NCBI GenBank assembly: GCA_000004985.1
Contig: GG738850.1
DNA from: Naegleria gruberi
Lineage: Eukaryota
DNA length: 64,000 bases
Direction: 5' to 3' (one strand)
The notes under the pieces were generated by a model. That model did not search any database. It saw only the letters and a list, made by a program, of their open reading frames with translations, and had not been told where the DNA came from. The position numbers were made by a program, and so were the translations under genes. Of the stretch, positions 1-12,060 are shown piece after piece (the stretch's first letter is position 1; the number at the start of each line of letters is the position of its first letter).

Positions 1-342
1 AATATTAAAATCATCACCATATCGGTTATAAATAATAATTCCAATTAATAAAACACATACTCTATAAAAGTGTTTTCCAACAGAAACGTTCAAAATAACA
101 ACGAAAGCCTCTTCTTCGCTATTGTAGGACATTGGTATCTTTTCAGACCAATTATTAAAGCTACCAATAATATAAACTTTTCTTCCTCCGTATGGCCAAC
201 GAAACATTGTTGGTACTTTGGTTTCATTAAAAGCAGCTGGCACATAATTATCATAATATTTATCATCCTTTGGAGTTTGAGCATGAGGAGAGTGGGCTCC
301 ACCAGATGGTGTTGCTGGATTTTTACTTCCGGTCACACCCAT
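1..342 (-). CDS. AMP-activated protein kinase beta subunit (Sip/Gal83 family), 5' exon only; rest of gene lies left of the window
   Basis: Minus-strand ATG at 342..340 encodes MGVTGSKNPATPSGG... with Gly2 (N-myristoylation-type start). It is followed by a CBM48/glycogen-binding motif VPTMFRWPYGGRKVYIIGSFNNWSEKIPM...GKHFYR, matching the AMPK beta VPTVFRW..GGKEVYLSGSFNNW pattern. The exon ends at 61 with a GTATGT donor (60..55); downstream exons are outside the window. The ORF track misses it because the reading frame runs off the window edge. Confidence 0.8.
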   Translation of the reverse strand, partial: MGVTGSKNPATPSGGAHSPHAQTPKDDKYYDNYVPAAFNETKVPTMFRWPYGGRKVYIIGSFNNWSEKIPMSYNSEEEAFVVILNVSVGKHFYRVCVLLIGIIIYNRYGDDFNI

Positions 343-629
343 TTTCACTATTAAAATTGATCATCATTAATAATAATTATATTATCCAATATATAATATA
401 CATATCATATAACACCATCATCATCAACAATCAAAATTTTCAATACATAAAACAATCAGAAAACAACGTACATTAAAGTATTTTGGTGGTGGAGGATATT
501 TTTTTAGAGTTAGAAGGAAAATAAAAATAGCCTTCAAAAGAAAAAACAAGCAAATTGGGTTATTTTGAATAACCAAGTTGAAAATATCCGAAATTGGGTT
601 AAAGAATAAAATTCACATTGAAAAAATGT

Positions 630-1853
630 TTATACAGTTGATAAACCCATTAATTTTCTCAATTCTTCATAGAGAGGAAGTGTAAGTAAGCAATGAGATC
701 CAATTCTAATATAATTTGGTACAAATCCACTTGCAAAAGCTCTCACTCCATTGTTTTTCAAAGTTTTAACAGTACAATCAATTAGACCTGTATATTCAGT
801 CTTGGATGCCATCAATCTGGTTTTGATAACATCAGCTGGATTAGTTGTAATGGTACTCAAAAGACCAGCAACAAGAGAAGCTGTCACGTGAGTATAGATA
901 TTATCTTGGAAGTAATCAGTTTTGAGAAGTAAATGTTTCACATGATCATAGGTCGATAATTGAGTTGCAGTTAAAATTGAGGCACGTAAAACATTTGGTG
1001 TTGATCCTCTGAAAAGTCCCATAATACCACCTTCGTATTTGGTAATATTATTTACAATTTTAACCCAATTATCAGGTCTTTGTTGAGTAGCAGTTTTAAC
1101 AAATCCTTGCTATTTAATTATTTAATACAAAAATTCAATAATAATTATTAATATATAATTATTCAGTTTTTTGTATTTTTAGATTATTAAAATTCAGTTA
1201 TTAAATAAGATTAAGGTTTCTTGAAATACATACCTGACGAATTTTAACTAAATCACATCCATTACTAACAATACTTCCCAACGAACCTGAAATAGCTCCA
1301 GATAATATTTTAGTTGTCAATCCAACATCTCCACTAACAGTTTGTCCATTATGAACAATATTAGAAATGACACTTTTCAATGGATCATACATTCCCATTC
1401 TTACAGAGCTATAAAACTGCTCTCTCACAACAGCAGCAAATAATCCTCTTCCCACAAGTATTCCAAATCCCTCCTCCTTATACAAATTATAATATGACTT
1501 GGTGAATGATAATTTTTGATGTGTTAATTGGAGACGTGTTTTAACATGATCTGGAGAATTCATCAATCCAGATACGATACCTGCCGATATACCTCCTTTT
1601 GACAGAATTACAATTTGGCCATTTGATAAAACTTACCTGCAACAAACTTGAGCACAGTCTTGTAAATAGATTTGTTCTCTTCCAATCTCTTTTCATATTG
1701 CAAATGTTCATAATTTATCTTGTCATCATGATGTTCGGAAGTTAACAATGACGATGATTCGGTTGTTGGAGCAACTAGAGAGAATTGAACATCAGCAGTT
1801 GTTGTTTGTTTATTATTGCCAACGATATCGGAAGTGGACTTATTGAGCGACAT
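630..1853 (-). CDS. Mitochondrial carrier family (SLC25) protein, 3 exons: 1637..1853, 1234..1595, 630..1106
   Basis: Three carrier repeats with Px[DE]xx[KR] signatures (SPDHVKTRLQ, GCDLVKIRQ, NPADVIKTRLM) and EGxxGLFRG-type motifs. Introns are 1596..1636 (41 nt, GTAAGT donor) and 1107..1233 (127 nt, GTATGT donor); phases checked against ORF-track frames. About 351 aa, with a roughly 70-aa N-terminal extension before helix 1. Confidence 0.85.
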
Positions 1854-1990
1854 TTTTTTTCACACTTTAAAAACCCTCCCTGCAGATTTGATTGTATCGA
1901 CTTTACTCTTAATTCTTCCTTTCAAGTGGTACTGTAGTGAAGATTCTTAACTGAACGATAATTTACAATGTAAAGTTTATTAAATAATAT

Positions 1991-2860
1991 TTATAATTCA
2001 TCACGATGGATGGTTGTGTTCGATTGGTTGGATTGACTTTGGTCAGAGAGATGAAGATTTCGAATGATTTGACTCAAATCCTTAATTTCCTCATCAGAAA
2101 CAAAGTGACCAACACCATTGTAGATTTTAGTTTTCATATTTTCAACCTTGACTTGGGTTTTCAAGTATTCAAAACCAATATTAGCAAAATCAAACTTGAT
2201 AACAGGATCTGAATCTCCATGCAAAATATGAATTGGAATAAATCTATTACTATTCTTGAATGTTTCATCATCCTTGTAGAGAGTAACAAATCCAGAGGTA
2301 GAAATTATACCTCCCAACTTGTATTTACTTCTCAATCCAACTAAAATACTCATAGAACCTTAATGAATCGAATGTGAGATGACAATGTTGAATTGAAACA
2401 ACATGCATAATTTAGAAAACTCACCTCCTTGTGAAAAACCACCAACAATGATTCTATTTGGTTGAATATTGTTGTCACTGATTTGTAATTGAATAATTTC
2501 ATCAATTAAATTCTTTGATTCTAAAATTCCATCCCTATCCCAATCAGTAGAGCCAATCTTTTTCACATTGAACCATGCATTCATCTTTTGATTATTTACA
2601 GTTATGGTTCTAACGGGAGCATTTGGAATAATTGCCAACATGGAAGGAGGTAAAATGTTCTTAAATAAATTGGAAAATCCTCGATAATTATCACCCAGTC
2701 CATGCATCCATATCAATACCGAGTCCACCTTGTTATTGTTTGGTGTTAAAATTGCACAATTTAATTTTCCAATTGTGGAGTGTGAAATTGTATGTTGGAG
2801 GGACATTTCTATCAAAAACGAGAAAATGAATAGGAGAATGAAACTTTGTCTTGTGTTCAT
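1991..2860 (-). CDS. Secreted/ER-lumenal alpha/beta-hydrolase of the acyl-protein thioesterase / phospholipase-carboxylesterase family, 2 exons (2425..2860, 1991..2358)
   Basis: N-terminal hydrophobic signal peptide. GFSQGG nucleophile elbow (GxSxG) split by a 66-nt intron (GTGAGT donor 2424, AG 2359) and rejoined in frame as GFSQGGSMSILVG. Downstream catalytic HGD-type region; C-terminus ends HRDEL, an ER-retention-type signal. Confidence 0.75.
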
Positions 2861-3036
2861 TGTTTTTTAAAAATTCAACCATTAAATGTTCTCTTAAATA
2901 TTAACAGGTAAGTAAACTAATTTGTACGCACTCAACGTGGTCTGTCGGATTCTATTTACATGTTAAGGAAAACCATTCTTTTTGAAGAACTCAACTATGT
3001 TTGGATTTAAATTCATGATGGTTCTATGTGTACTGG

Positions 3037-3948
3037 TTATGAATCTAAATGAAGGTAATTGGCGAATAACTCTATATTTCCATCTTGACTTTCAATATCA
3101 CACAAGGAAATCAATAAAATTGATTTTGTAAGAACTGGTGAACTATCATACGGTTGTTTGTAGAAAACATTTGGAATATATTGTCTGAGGTGATATGGCC
3201 AGTCATTGTATAAAAAGTCATATTCAAAGTACATGACATTACTCTTAAACTTGTTATCTTCAGAAACTGGTGAATTGATATAATGTCCAATATTTAAATG
3301 GTTTAAAATTGAGTATTGCTTTCTAATTTTCCAATAATTTTCAACATTTCCATCATCGTGAATATATTTGAAATTTAACCAGCTTGAATCACATTGCTTA
3401 ATGTATTGTCCATTTGAAAGAATGATATTATCTCTATTAGCATATGATTTAAAATAAATTTTTGATATAAATCTATCATTTCCATCCACTCTACAATAAT
3501 CAGATCTTTGATTAATAAACATATTTCCAATAGATTGAAAGAATATTGGATCACTAAAATCGTATACTAATCCAGGATATAGACAAAGAACTTGTCCTTT
3601 CTTCACACTTCCTTTCAGAAATATGCCATCTCCTTTAATATTTTCCAAACTTGTCTCCTTTTTCAATAACATGAATTGGCTATTTGTATCTATTAACTCC
3701 TTTCTTTCATGATAATCATGAATTGATTTAAAATAATTTAATAATTGATTTGTTATGTAATCATGAGAGAGGCAAGCCTTGTAATTTTCATCCTTGGTCA
3801 ATAATTCATTTCGGAATGGATCTTCGCCTGTTTGAATATTTGTGAGTTTAAATCTTTTCTGATGATTATCACAAATAATATTAACAATTTTACTTGATAA
3901 ATTCCGATGATGAAGAGATTGGATGAAAGGGCTTTGAAGTTTCTTCAT
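3037..3948 (-). CDS. SET-domain-like protein (putative lysine methyltransferase); assignment tentative
   Basis: 303-aa ORF. GDGIFLKGSVKKGQVLCLYPGLVY resembles a SET N-region (GxG...Y.G), and NIGHYINSP...NVMYFEYDF resembles the NHSCxPN/ELxFDY SET core. No database search was possible. Confidence 0.5.
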   Translation of the reverse strand: MKKLQSPFIQSLHHRNLSSKIVNIICDNHQKRFKLTNIQTGEDPFRNELLTKDENYKACLSHDYITNQLLNYFKSIHDYHERKELIDTNSQFMLLKKETSLENIKGDGIFLKGSVKKGQVLCLYPGLVYDFSDPIFFQSIGNMFINQRSDYCRVDGNDRFISKIYFKSYANRDNIILSNGQYIKQCDSSWLNFKYIHDDGNVENYWKIRKQYSILNHLNIGHYINSPVSEDNKFKSNVMYFEYDFLYNDWPYHLRQYIPNVFYKQPYDSSPVLTKSILLISLCDIESQDGNIELFANYLHLDS

Positions 3949-3970
3949 TTTTTTAAAGTTTATTTACAAT

Positions 3971-6900
3971 TTATCTTCTGTATTCACGTTGTCTTTCTAA
4001 TTCGACATCAATGAGAGGAGTGTACTTCTTTCTCAATGTTTGAACCTTTTCGTGTGTAATCTTTGAGAAACCGAATGCTGTCTTCATAATCTTTTGACAA
4101 TCAAATTGAGTTTTAACAATATCTTGCATTGTTAACATAATTTCAGAAACATCTGTGGTCTTTAAGAGAGCATCTTGATTCAATTTGAGAATGGCCAAAA
4201 CAGTTCTGAACATCATTTGACTTCCATAACATAAGAATGCATCCCAGAATCTCAAAGTTGTTTCAATTGGGAAATCCACAGTAAATAGTTTCATAAAGAA
4301 GGACATTGTGAAAGTGGAAATCTCAAAATCTATTGACTTGAAGTGGCAAGCTAACTTGTACAAATTTACACTCAATAATTCATCAAATACCATGGCATCA
4401 ACAAGTACACCCTTCAGCTCTGGTGAGTAATAGTTGGCAGGTAAATAATCTTCCAAAATTGCAACAAACAACCAGAAAACTTCTTCCTCTGACAAGTGGA
4501 GTAACATTAAGCCAGCAATATAATTGAAGCTTTGAGAGTAGGAGACGAGAGGATTTCTCCAACAGTAAGCAATTAAAACTCTTCTCAAAGCAGCTTGAAC
4601 CTTTTCGTCATTGTTAAAGTATGGGTGTTGAACATAGGTTCTCTTCAAGTCCTTTTCAATTTGGTCTAACCATGGTGTCTTATTCTTGTTTCCATGAACG
4701 GAAAGAATCTTCTTGTAGTAGCCAGTGTTTTCATTTAGTTTTTGTTGAGCTCCACTGATTTCCATCCAAATTCTAGGTCTAAATATTGGACTGATACCAT
4801 ATTTCTTAATGAGATTCTTAATTCCGCTTGGATTTGAAAGCATTTCATTGATATTCTTCTTGGTCCATTCCTTTTCAAGCTTTTTAGATTTTGAAGTGTA
4901 GGATTTCTTCCATTGTTGATAGAGTTTGTATTCGTTGAGATTTTGTGGTTCTGGGAATCCCAAATTATCCATGACAAAATATTTTCTATTTTGTGAAAGC
5001 AGATTACCAGCAAGCATTTGGCTGAATTGTTCAAGCTTTTCCAATTCAGTAAACTTATCAAGACAATGGTCCGAAATAGCTTGCATTTGATCGTAGGCTT
5101 CATGTAAACATTTTTGATCAGGATAGGTTGAATCTGATAATTTGAATGCCATTTCTTGCAGCCAGTTACCATAGAATTGTACTCTTTCGATTGGAATCTT
5201 TGACAAGACATCTGACAATTTGATTATAGATTTTCCTGCTCTGAAGGTAACAGAACCATTACTGAAAATAGTGCTTCCAATACCCAAAGGTGTACCCATT
5301 GGTCCACCTCCTGAAAGATTAATACTAAGTCTATTACTGCTTGAAGATGATACTGATTGTGAGGCGCCTGCATAAACACTGAGTCCTCTGGTTCTTGCAG
5401 AGTTTTGAGTAATTGGGTTGTATTTGTAATTTTCCTTTTGATATTCAGAAATGGCTTCAACCAATTCTGGGAGGACAGTCTTATCATAGTAAGAACTGTA
5501 TGCAGTATTCTTGCTTTCAATCTCAGCAAGGGTTTGTAAAAGTCTTTCTAAATTGTTAGAGTATGTCTTGTACAATCTCATAGTTGGTACTCTCTTCAAA
5601 ATTAATCTACCAATTTGAATTTCATCAATCTTCTTTGGATCATCATTGCATGTTGTGTAAACATTTTCTAATTCTGTAAACAAGTCCTTGTTTATCATTC
5701 TGATACAATCAAAATCACTAAATATCTCGCTATGTTCTTGCTTTCCAATGTATTGTTTGATGTTTTCATTGGTAACTAAGTATTTGTCAATAATTTCCAA
5801 AATACTCAAGTATAGTTTTTCAGATTGGTAAAAGTTAGTTATCTTTTCAACACGACGATCCAAAGTAATTTCTCCATTAGGTTTCTTTGGAGTAAGTGGC
5901 TGTCTTGGAGTACTGTTTGGAGTTTCAGTTTTCTTTTCTGCCGTTGAAACACTCAAATCATCCATATCGTCCAAGTAATCATGAGATTGAACTCCAATAT
6001 TTGCCAAAATATCCATATCATCTCTATTTTCATCCACCATTACATCAGAATCAGAGTCAGAATCGTTTTGAGCTTGAGTGACCTCGATAAATGTTGAAGC
6101 TTCGAAGGCACTTGGTGTTGTGTCATCGAGTTGTGAATCTGAATCTGAGTCCACTCCTGTGAATTCACTCACAACATCTACTCCCAAAGAAGGTGAAGAT
6201 TTGTTAAGGAAATCGTTTGCAGTCTTTGGAGTGATTGCCTGTTCAGGTTCTTGTGTGTGAAGATTGAGAGATGGAATATGAACCTTTTCGTGTGTGGCAG
6301 GAGATGGAAGTTTTGCTTGTTCCTTTGGTGTTTCTACCACAACTTTCTTTGGTTCTGGTATTGGTTCAACATTTTTGATAATAGGTTTAACTATTTCAGG
6401 TTTCTTTTCTACAATAGGTTCAGGTTTAACTTGCTCTGGTTCCTTAATCTTTACTTCCTCAACTTCTTCTGTTGGTTTCACAGTTGGGGTTGCTTTTTGG
6501 ACTGGAACTTGTTTAGGAGTTGAAGGTTTTTCTTCAACATATTTCATTGTGGATTCAATAATCGCTGGTTCTCCCTTTGAAATAGTGACAACTGGCTTCT
6601 TTTTCTCAATTGTTGGTTTCACAGTAGATTCAGTTTTGATAACAGAGGAGAATTTTCTCTCCTTAACTGGAGAGGATAGGTTTTCAGTGTCCTGCTTTTG
6701 AACATGAACTGCTGCTGCCTTCTTGAACTTGTCTGTTGGAATGACAACTTCCTTCTTTTCCTCTTTTGCTGGAGTTTTAACAGGTTCAATAACTACAACA
6801 GCAGGTTCTGGTTCTTTCTTTGGAGATACAAGTGGCTCTGAAGCATTGAACCCCTGAATTATGGAATCTTCCTCTCCAGAAATACTTCCCCAATGTCTCA

Positions 6901-8976
6901 AAATGTTTCTTACTTGTGCACTTTGTTCTCTTGTTGGTCGAGAGCTGGATGGTGTTTGAGGAGGTTGGTAGACAGGTTTTTCAGGAGTCTTTACTTCAGG
7001 TAAGTCATTGTTAACCTCCTCAACCTGAACGCTTAAGCTTTGTCTTTCAAAAGCCATAACTTCCTCTTCATCAGTTGAAGAATTTGTTGATTTGACTTCG
7101 TCATCTTCATCATCTGATGAAATATCTGATAGAACTTCCTCTTCCTTTTTTCTTAATTGAGATTCTACCAATTCTTCCAAATTAGTTTCAGGAAGGAGAT
7201 GAACAAGAGGTTTCAAACCACCAACTTCTTCGATTCTCTTAAGATTCTCATCTTGGAGCATTAAATTCCACAATGTATGGGCAGCCTTCTTCTTAACATT
7301 ATTAACATCAACAATTGGTGATTCTGATGTCTCAATATCCTCCTTAACGGGATCAATGGATACAATAGAAACCAATGACTCGATACCACCTTCTTCACGG
7401 ATACTATTTGAAGATTCGTCATCAATAGCCATATTTGTAAGAATATTTGATGCTTTTTCAGCAATTTTCAATTCTTGAAGTGATTTGTAGCTCTTCAAAA
7501 ATTGAATAACAATAGGAATACCTCTCAATTCATAGATTTGCTTTCTATTTTCCTTTACAATTGACAAATTGTTTAACAATGTTAAAACGTTTTCCAAAGT
7601 TGTAAAATTATCACTTTCACTAATTGGATAAAGTTGTAACGAGTTGAGCAAAGATGGTATGAGATTTGAATTACTACCCATAATCAACGCATTCTCTTCA
7701 TCTAGAGAAAGTGAGGCCATGGCACCTGTCACTTTATAGACAACATCTCTATACATTTTCATATTCTTAGATGACAACTTGAGAGCAGTCAAAATAATAC
7801 TGCAAAGAATTTCTAAACCTTTCTGTTCTCTTATTTTGTCTCTAACTTCGCGACTATTTCCAGCCATATTCCATAGAATACCACTGGATGTTTTCACTTG
7901 TTCAATATCGTTAATTTTGATAGAACTTGCGGATTGTTTGATTTCTGTGAGTAATTTTTGGATCATTTCACTACTTTCGAATAAATTGTCATTGACAGGA
8001 GTATTATTAGTGGAAGGAGTATTGTTATTGCCAGACTTTTCATTTCTTGGAGATAAAATAAGTTTAGATGAAAGAATCTGAATGATATGTGAAGTATTTC
8101 TCTTCACATTCGCAAATTTAGAATTAGATAATATGATTAACTTTTCCACTAGGATCTTTGTGTCAATAGTATTTTGATTCAAATTTGGAATCATGACAAA
8201 TCTTTTAACATTTTCAATCAATAATAAATTCCACAAGCAGGCAGTCACACCTTCAATTATTTCCTGTGGGTGATCTTCTTCACTACCTGCATTGATTTTA
8301 CAAATCAATGAACAGAGGAAAGTAACTCCACCTAATTTCATAACCTGTTCACCAATTGTACTTTCTAAACAAAGAGATGAGAGTGCAATTAGTAAATTAT
8401 AAATAGTTGTTACATTCTGCTCGTCAACTAATCCACTAGAAACTAATTCTTCTAATGTCTTTATCATATTATTCAAATATTCATTGACTTTTCCTAATCC
8501 AACAAAGTATTCTCTATTCTTTTCATCAATAAATGTATTCAAAAAAGTACAAGTAATGTTTTCCAATACGGAAATATCTTCTTGATGTTCTGGCTTCATT
8601 CTTTCACACAAACTTTCAATGAGTGTGTGCTTTCTCATGACGGAACCACATTGCTCAATTGCAGAAATGTTACACAAGGTAGCAACAGCTCTCTTTCTTG
8701 TTGTTGCATCAGAACTTGCTATTAAATTTGTAATATTTGCAAATCCATTATGTTTTTCTAACTCCTTGACATCATTTTCTATAAATTTCAAATATTCGAT
8801 ACAAGAAGAATCAATAATATTCAACAACAAATTGGTGATTAATTATTACTATTTAATCATAATATCCACATACCTTCTTTAATTAATTTTTGAAACATGC
8901 CAGCAATCTGTGATCGTTTCTTATGATCATCCGAAGGTGTTGTACCTTCCAAGCTACACAACTTTTCAATATTCAT
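3971..8976 (-). CDS. Large TBC-domain (Rab GTPase-activating) protein, about 1,636 aa, with a PEVK-like low-complexity linker; 2 exons (8874..8976, 3971..8778)
   Basis: C-terminal TBC domain with RxxxW (RPRIW), Arg finger IxxDxxR (IEKDLKRT) and Gln finger YxQ (VSYSQSF). The long ORF has no in-frame ATG until far inside. An upstream exon (MNIEKLCSLEGTTPSDDHKKRSQIAGMFQKLIKE) joins in frame through a 95-nt intron (GTATGT donor at 8873, acceptor ...tttatag at 8780/8779). The middle 6280-6850 encodes a P/E/K/V-rich repetitive region. Confidence 0.75.
6280..6850 (-). repeat. Low-complexity coding repeat (PEVK-like: EPVKTP/KPE/EVVIP units) inside the TBC gene
   Basis: The translation is dominated by P, E, K and V in short degenerate repeats (KPTEEVEEVKIKEPEQVKPEPIVEKKPEIVKPIIKNVEPIPEPKKVVVETPKEQ...). 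Confidence 0.5.
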
Positions 8977-9516
8977 CTCCTATCCTAATCTAATGGAAAC
9001 TTGTCAAAGTTGCTTGGGTCAAAGAGAGAAAAAAAGATTTGCTTCGTTTTTTTTAAATGTCTACTTTCGTTCGGGCTATCTTGCGTCACTGGAAACCAAC
9101 AAACATCATCAAATGATTCGTAGTTGAGCAATATTTGTTTTTGGTAATTTAGGAGGAGTGGAAAGGAAATGGTAATTAACTTCGGTTTGTGTATCGTTTT
9201 CTGATGCAGGCTAGTACCACTCTTCATCGATCTATCACTGCAAGGCTATAAATGATATTTCACCAACGTTGGCAGAACATCAACACATATTAATATCACA
9301 TCTTTTATGAGTGCTGTAATCATCAGTGATGATTTTAAAAGAGTTGTGCGTTGATCTATGAAGGTAAATGAACAATTTTTACTTCCTTAATTTAATTGTG
9401 GTCCTATTATCAATGCAAATGTAACTTAATTGCTTGTAGGGGAATTCCTTGTTATTGTTGTTCAATTTTTATAAAAAATAAAATTTAAGAAAAATTATTT
9501 ATTGAATTTCAAAAAA

Positions 9517-12048
9517 ATGCCAAGCACCGTTGCTTCCATCGCTTCTGCTGGCGGAAAGTCATCAACAAACAATAACAATAATTTTAAAATGGATTTAATG
9601 GATCTTTTGGATAGGTCTCAACAATTGTTACCGGTTGTTGATAATTTTATTCAAAAAGATTTGGAATCTATTCATGAACAATCTAAAAAATTAATTCAAA
9701 AAACAGCAAGAGGAGATGTTCAATCAAAAGGAGATTATTTGCTTGCTGCTCACGGATTTGATGTGGAAAAGTATAGAAGAACAGTTAGTAGATTAGATCT
9801 TAAACAAGCCTTTGAACCTTTGGAACCTATCGGAGAAACAGATATTGAAGGTTATTTAAAACACGAACACGATATGATTCTTCTCTCTTCTGTAGAAGAA
9901 TCTAAAAGACATACTAGTAGTTGTTTTTATAAGAACTTTAATGATCACTTGGAGGATGATTGGAAATCAGCTAAAGAAAGCTTGATGAAAACTTTGAACT
10001 TACACAAAGCTTACCAAAGTCAACAATTTAGACCATCTCTTGGTTTGAATGACTCTGTCAGAAAACCATCTAAGTATTCATCATTCATTGTTTCATCAGG
10101 AAATTCTACACCATTCTCGTCTCCTATTAATCAAAATACAACTCTTATGGCTCCAACTCCAAAGAGAGGTAAGACTACAATGGACGAAAGAATGATTGCC
10201 TATAGCACTGTTGTTTATAATATTAACAAGACTATGAAGGCAGACCAAACTACTAGAATTATTGATCAATTCTCTGAAGCTGCCAAATATATTGAAGAAT
10301 CAGTAGCAAGGAAGAGAGAAGTTACAGAATGTTGGAGGTTATTGAGTTTCATGATCAATGAAAATAATGTTCATGGTGAAATCTCACAAAAGGACCTTTT
10401 ACGAGGAGCTAAAGAATATATGGAAACTTCCTATGTTCAATATATTAAAGATTTATTAGGTATTGAAGGAGAAGTTCCTGATAAATTGAAGCTCATTGAA
10501 CAATTTGTTGCTGAAACAACTAAGAATATTTTACCGGAACACCTCGGAGAATCTATTAATGGAAATTATATTTGGCCAGTATTATTTTATTGTTTAAGAT
10601 GTGGTTTCATAGAAGAAGCTCTTAGATTCACCAATGACCATATTGCCTATTTCTCTCAAGTCATTATTAGTGCTTTGGAAAATAAGAAGGAAGCTCAAAC
10701 TTCTAGCTCTTCAAGCTTGGAACAACAATTGCACGAATTATATAGAAAGATACCACCAAATAGATTATTCCAACATGCTGTATACTTGGTTTTGGGTAGA
10801 TGTGACGTGAAGAAGACCATTCCACAGATTTTCTCTAAAACTGAAGACTTTATGTGGTTGAAACTTTCCATAATAAGAGACGATTCAAATTATACATTAC
10901 AAGATTTACAAAAGATTGTTACATCACATGGACCAAAACATTTCTGTCCAAAGAAGAACTCTCTACTCTACTTTAAGCTTTTGTTATGTACTTTGCAATT
11001 TGAAAGAGCCATTCAATATCTCTGTAGTCGTCAAAGTGAAGGATATCACGTTGAAGCTGTTCACTTTGCATTCACCCTTTACTTCTACGATCTCCTTAAC
11101 GTTTCCGAAGACACTAGTGCTCCTCTTTTGACAGAGAAGGATGGTTGTCAACTTAACTTCCACTTCTTAATCAAAGATTACATAAGAATATTCGCCCATA
11201 CTGACCCATGTATTGCTGCTTCATACTTTTACATTTTCTATAAGAGAGATGAAAAGAAGAAATACTTCAAGTCTATCAAGGAATTGATAATTGAAGGAAA
11301 GGATGTATCTGTACTTTTGGGTCATGTAGATATTGATGGAAAATTGAAGAATGGATTTTTACACTACTTCTTAGATTCTTTTGATTTCCTGGAATTGGCC
11401 GAGTCATGTGCTCAATTATACAATGAAGCAGGTAGATATAGAGATTCAGTAGATATTTATTCAATGGCTTTATTATATAACTTTAGTTTAATGCCAGATC
11501 TTTCTGTTGATACACCAAATCGTTTGAAGAAATATATTCATTCTATTCTTGCCATTATGATTGATGAATTGAGTCAAGTATTGACCGGAGGTGAAAATAG
11601 AGAAGAAGTTAAGCAACTTGCCTCTAAAGTCTTTAAAAACTTTACTGATAACAAGATTCTTCAAATTATTGAACAAAGCAACAAGAAGAACTTTGAAACT
11701 TTCAAGATGCTTCTCAGTCTTACAAAAGTATTTGACAGCTTCTTGAATAGAAATTACGATCGTACTCTTGCAGATTTACAACAACTTCAAATTGTTCCAT
11801 TCAAAAAGCAAGAATTGGAGAGTATTTCATTAAGACAACTCGATAAGAAAATACAGAAGAAACTACCAGATATCTTATTTGTAGCTATGTGTACTCTTTG
11901 CCATTTACATTCTTCATCCAGATCTCACTCTCAAAATGAAATCAAGGATATGGCCTCGAATGTAATGTCATTTGCTGGTCTTAATGAAGAATTGGTTAGC
12001 AGTGATGTAACTACTCAACTCTTGCAATTCGTAAATAGAATGAAGTAA
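9517..12048 (+). CDS. NIC96: Nucleoporin Nup93/Nic96 family
   Basis: Single 844-aa exon; the first ATG is at 9517, and the track start at 9502 is a TTG. The all-alpha protein has an N-terminal coiled coil and the conserved YIWPVLFYCLRCG block, similar to the xWALxYYCxRCG motif I associate with Nup93. Length matches Nic96 (about 840 aa). Identification is from memory of the family, not from a search. Confidence 0.6.
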   Translation: MPSTVASIASAGGKSSTNNNNNFKMDLMDLLDRSQQLLPVVDNFIQKDLESIHEQSKKLIQKTARGDVQSKGDYLLAAHGFDVEKYRRTVSRLDLKQAFEPLEPIGETDIEGYLKHEHDMILLSSVEESKRHTSSCFYKNFNDHLEDDWKSAKESLMKTLNLHKAYQSQQFRPSLGLNDSVRKPSKYSSFIVSSGNSTPFSSPINQNTTLMAPTPKRGKTTMDERMIAYSTVVYNINKTMKADQTTRIIDQFSEAAKYIEESVARKREVTECWRLLSFMINENNVHGEISQKDLLRGAKEYMETSYVQYIKDLLGIEGEVPDKLKLIEQFVAETTKNILPEHLGESINGNYIWPVLFYCLRCGFIEEALRFTNDHIAYFSQVIISALENKKEAQTSSSSSLEQQLHELYRKIPPNRLFQHAVYLVLGRCDVKKTIPQIFSKTEDFMWLKLSIIRDDSNYTLQDLQKIVTSHGPKHFCPKKNSLLYFKLLLCTLQFERAIQYLCSRQSEGYHVEAVHFAFTLYFYDLLNVSEDTSAPLLTEKDGCQLNFHFLIKDYIRIFAHTDPCIAASYFYIFYKRDEKKKYFKSIKELIIEGKDVSVLLGHVDIDGKLKNGFLHYFLDSFDFLELAESCAQLYNEAGRYRDSVDIYSMALLYNFSLMPDLSVDTPNRLKKYIHSILAIMIDELSQVLTGGENREEVKQLASKVFKNFTDNKILQIIEQSNKKNFETFKMLLSLTKVFDSFLNRNYDRTLADLQQLQIVPFKKQELESISLRQLDKKIQKKLPDILFVAMCTLCHLHSSSRSHSQNEIKDMASNVMSFAGLNEELVSSDVTTQLLQFVNRMK

Positions 12049-12060
12049 AAATAATTTTAT

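Noticed and set aside
4735-8081. Several 60-160-aa ORFs on both strands inside the TBC gene (4735..5211, 5224..5529, 5896..6701, 7261..7464, 7779..8081)
   Set aside because: They are alternative-frame or antisense shadows of a continuous 1,600-aa ORF with clear domain content.
8985-9227. 80-aa minus-strand ORF in the divergent promoter region between the TBC gene exon 1 and NIC96
   Set aside because: Low-complexity AT-rich translation with no homology; it overlaps the region needed for the upstream exon and promoter of the TBC gene, so it is probably a chance ORF.
9502-9516. ORF-track start codons at 9502 (TTG), 37372 (GTG), 52804 (TTG), 8830 (TTG) and 16137 (TTG)
   Set aside because: They are non-ATG alternative starts from the ORF caller. 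The true N-termini are an in-frame ATG (NIC96) or an upstream exon reached through a short intron (GNAT, kinase, TBC, WD-like genes).
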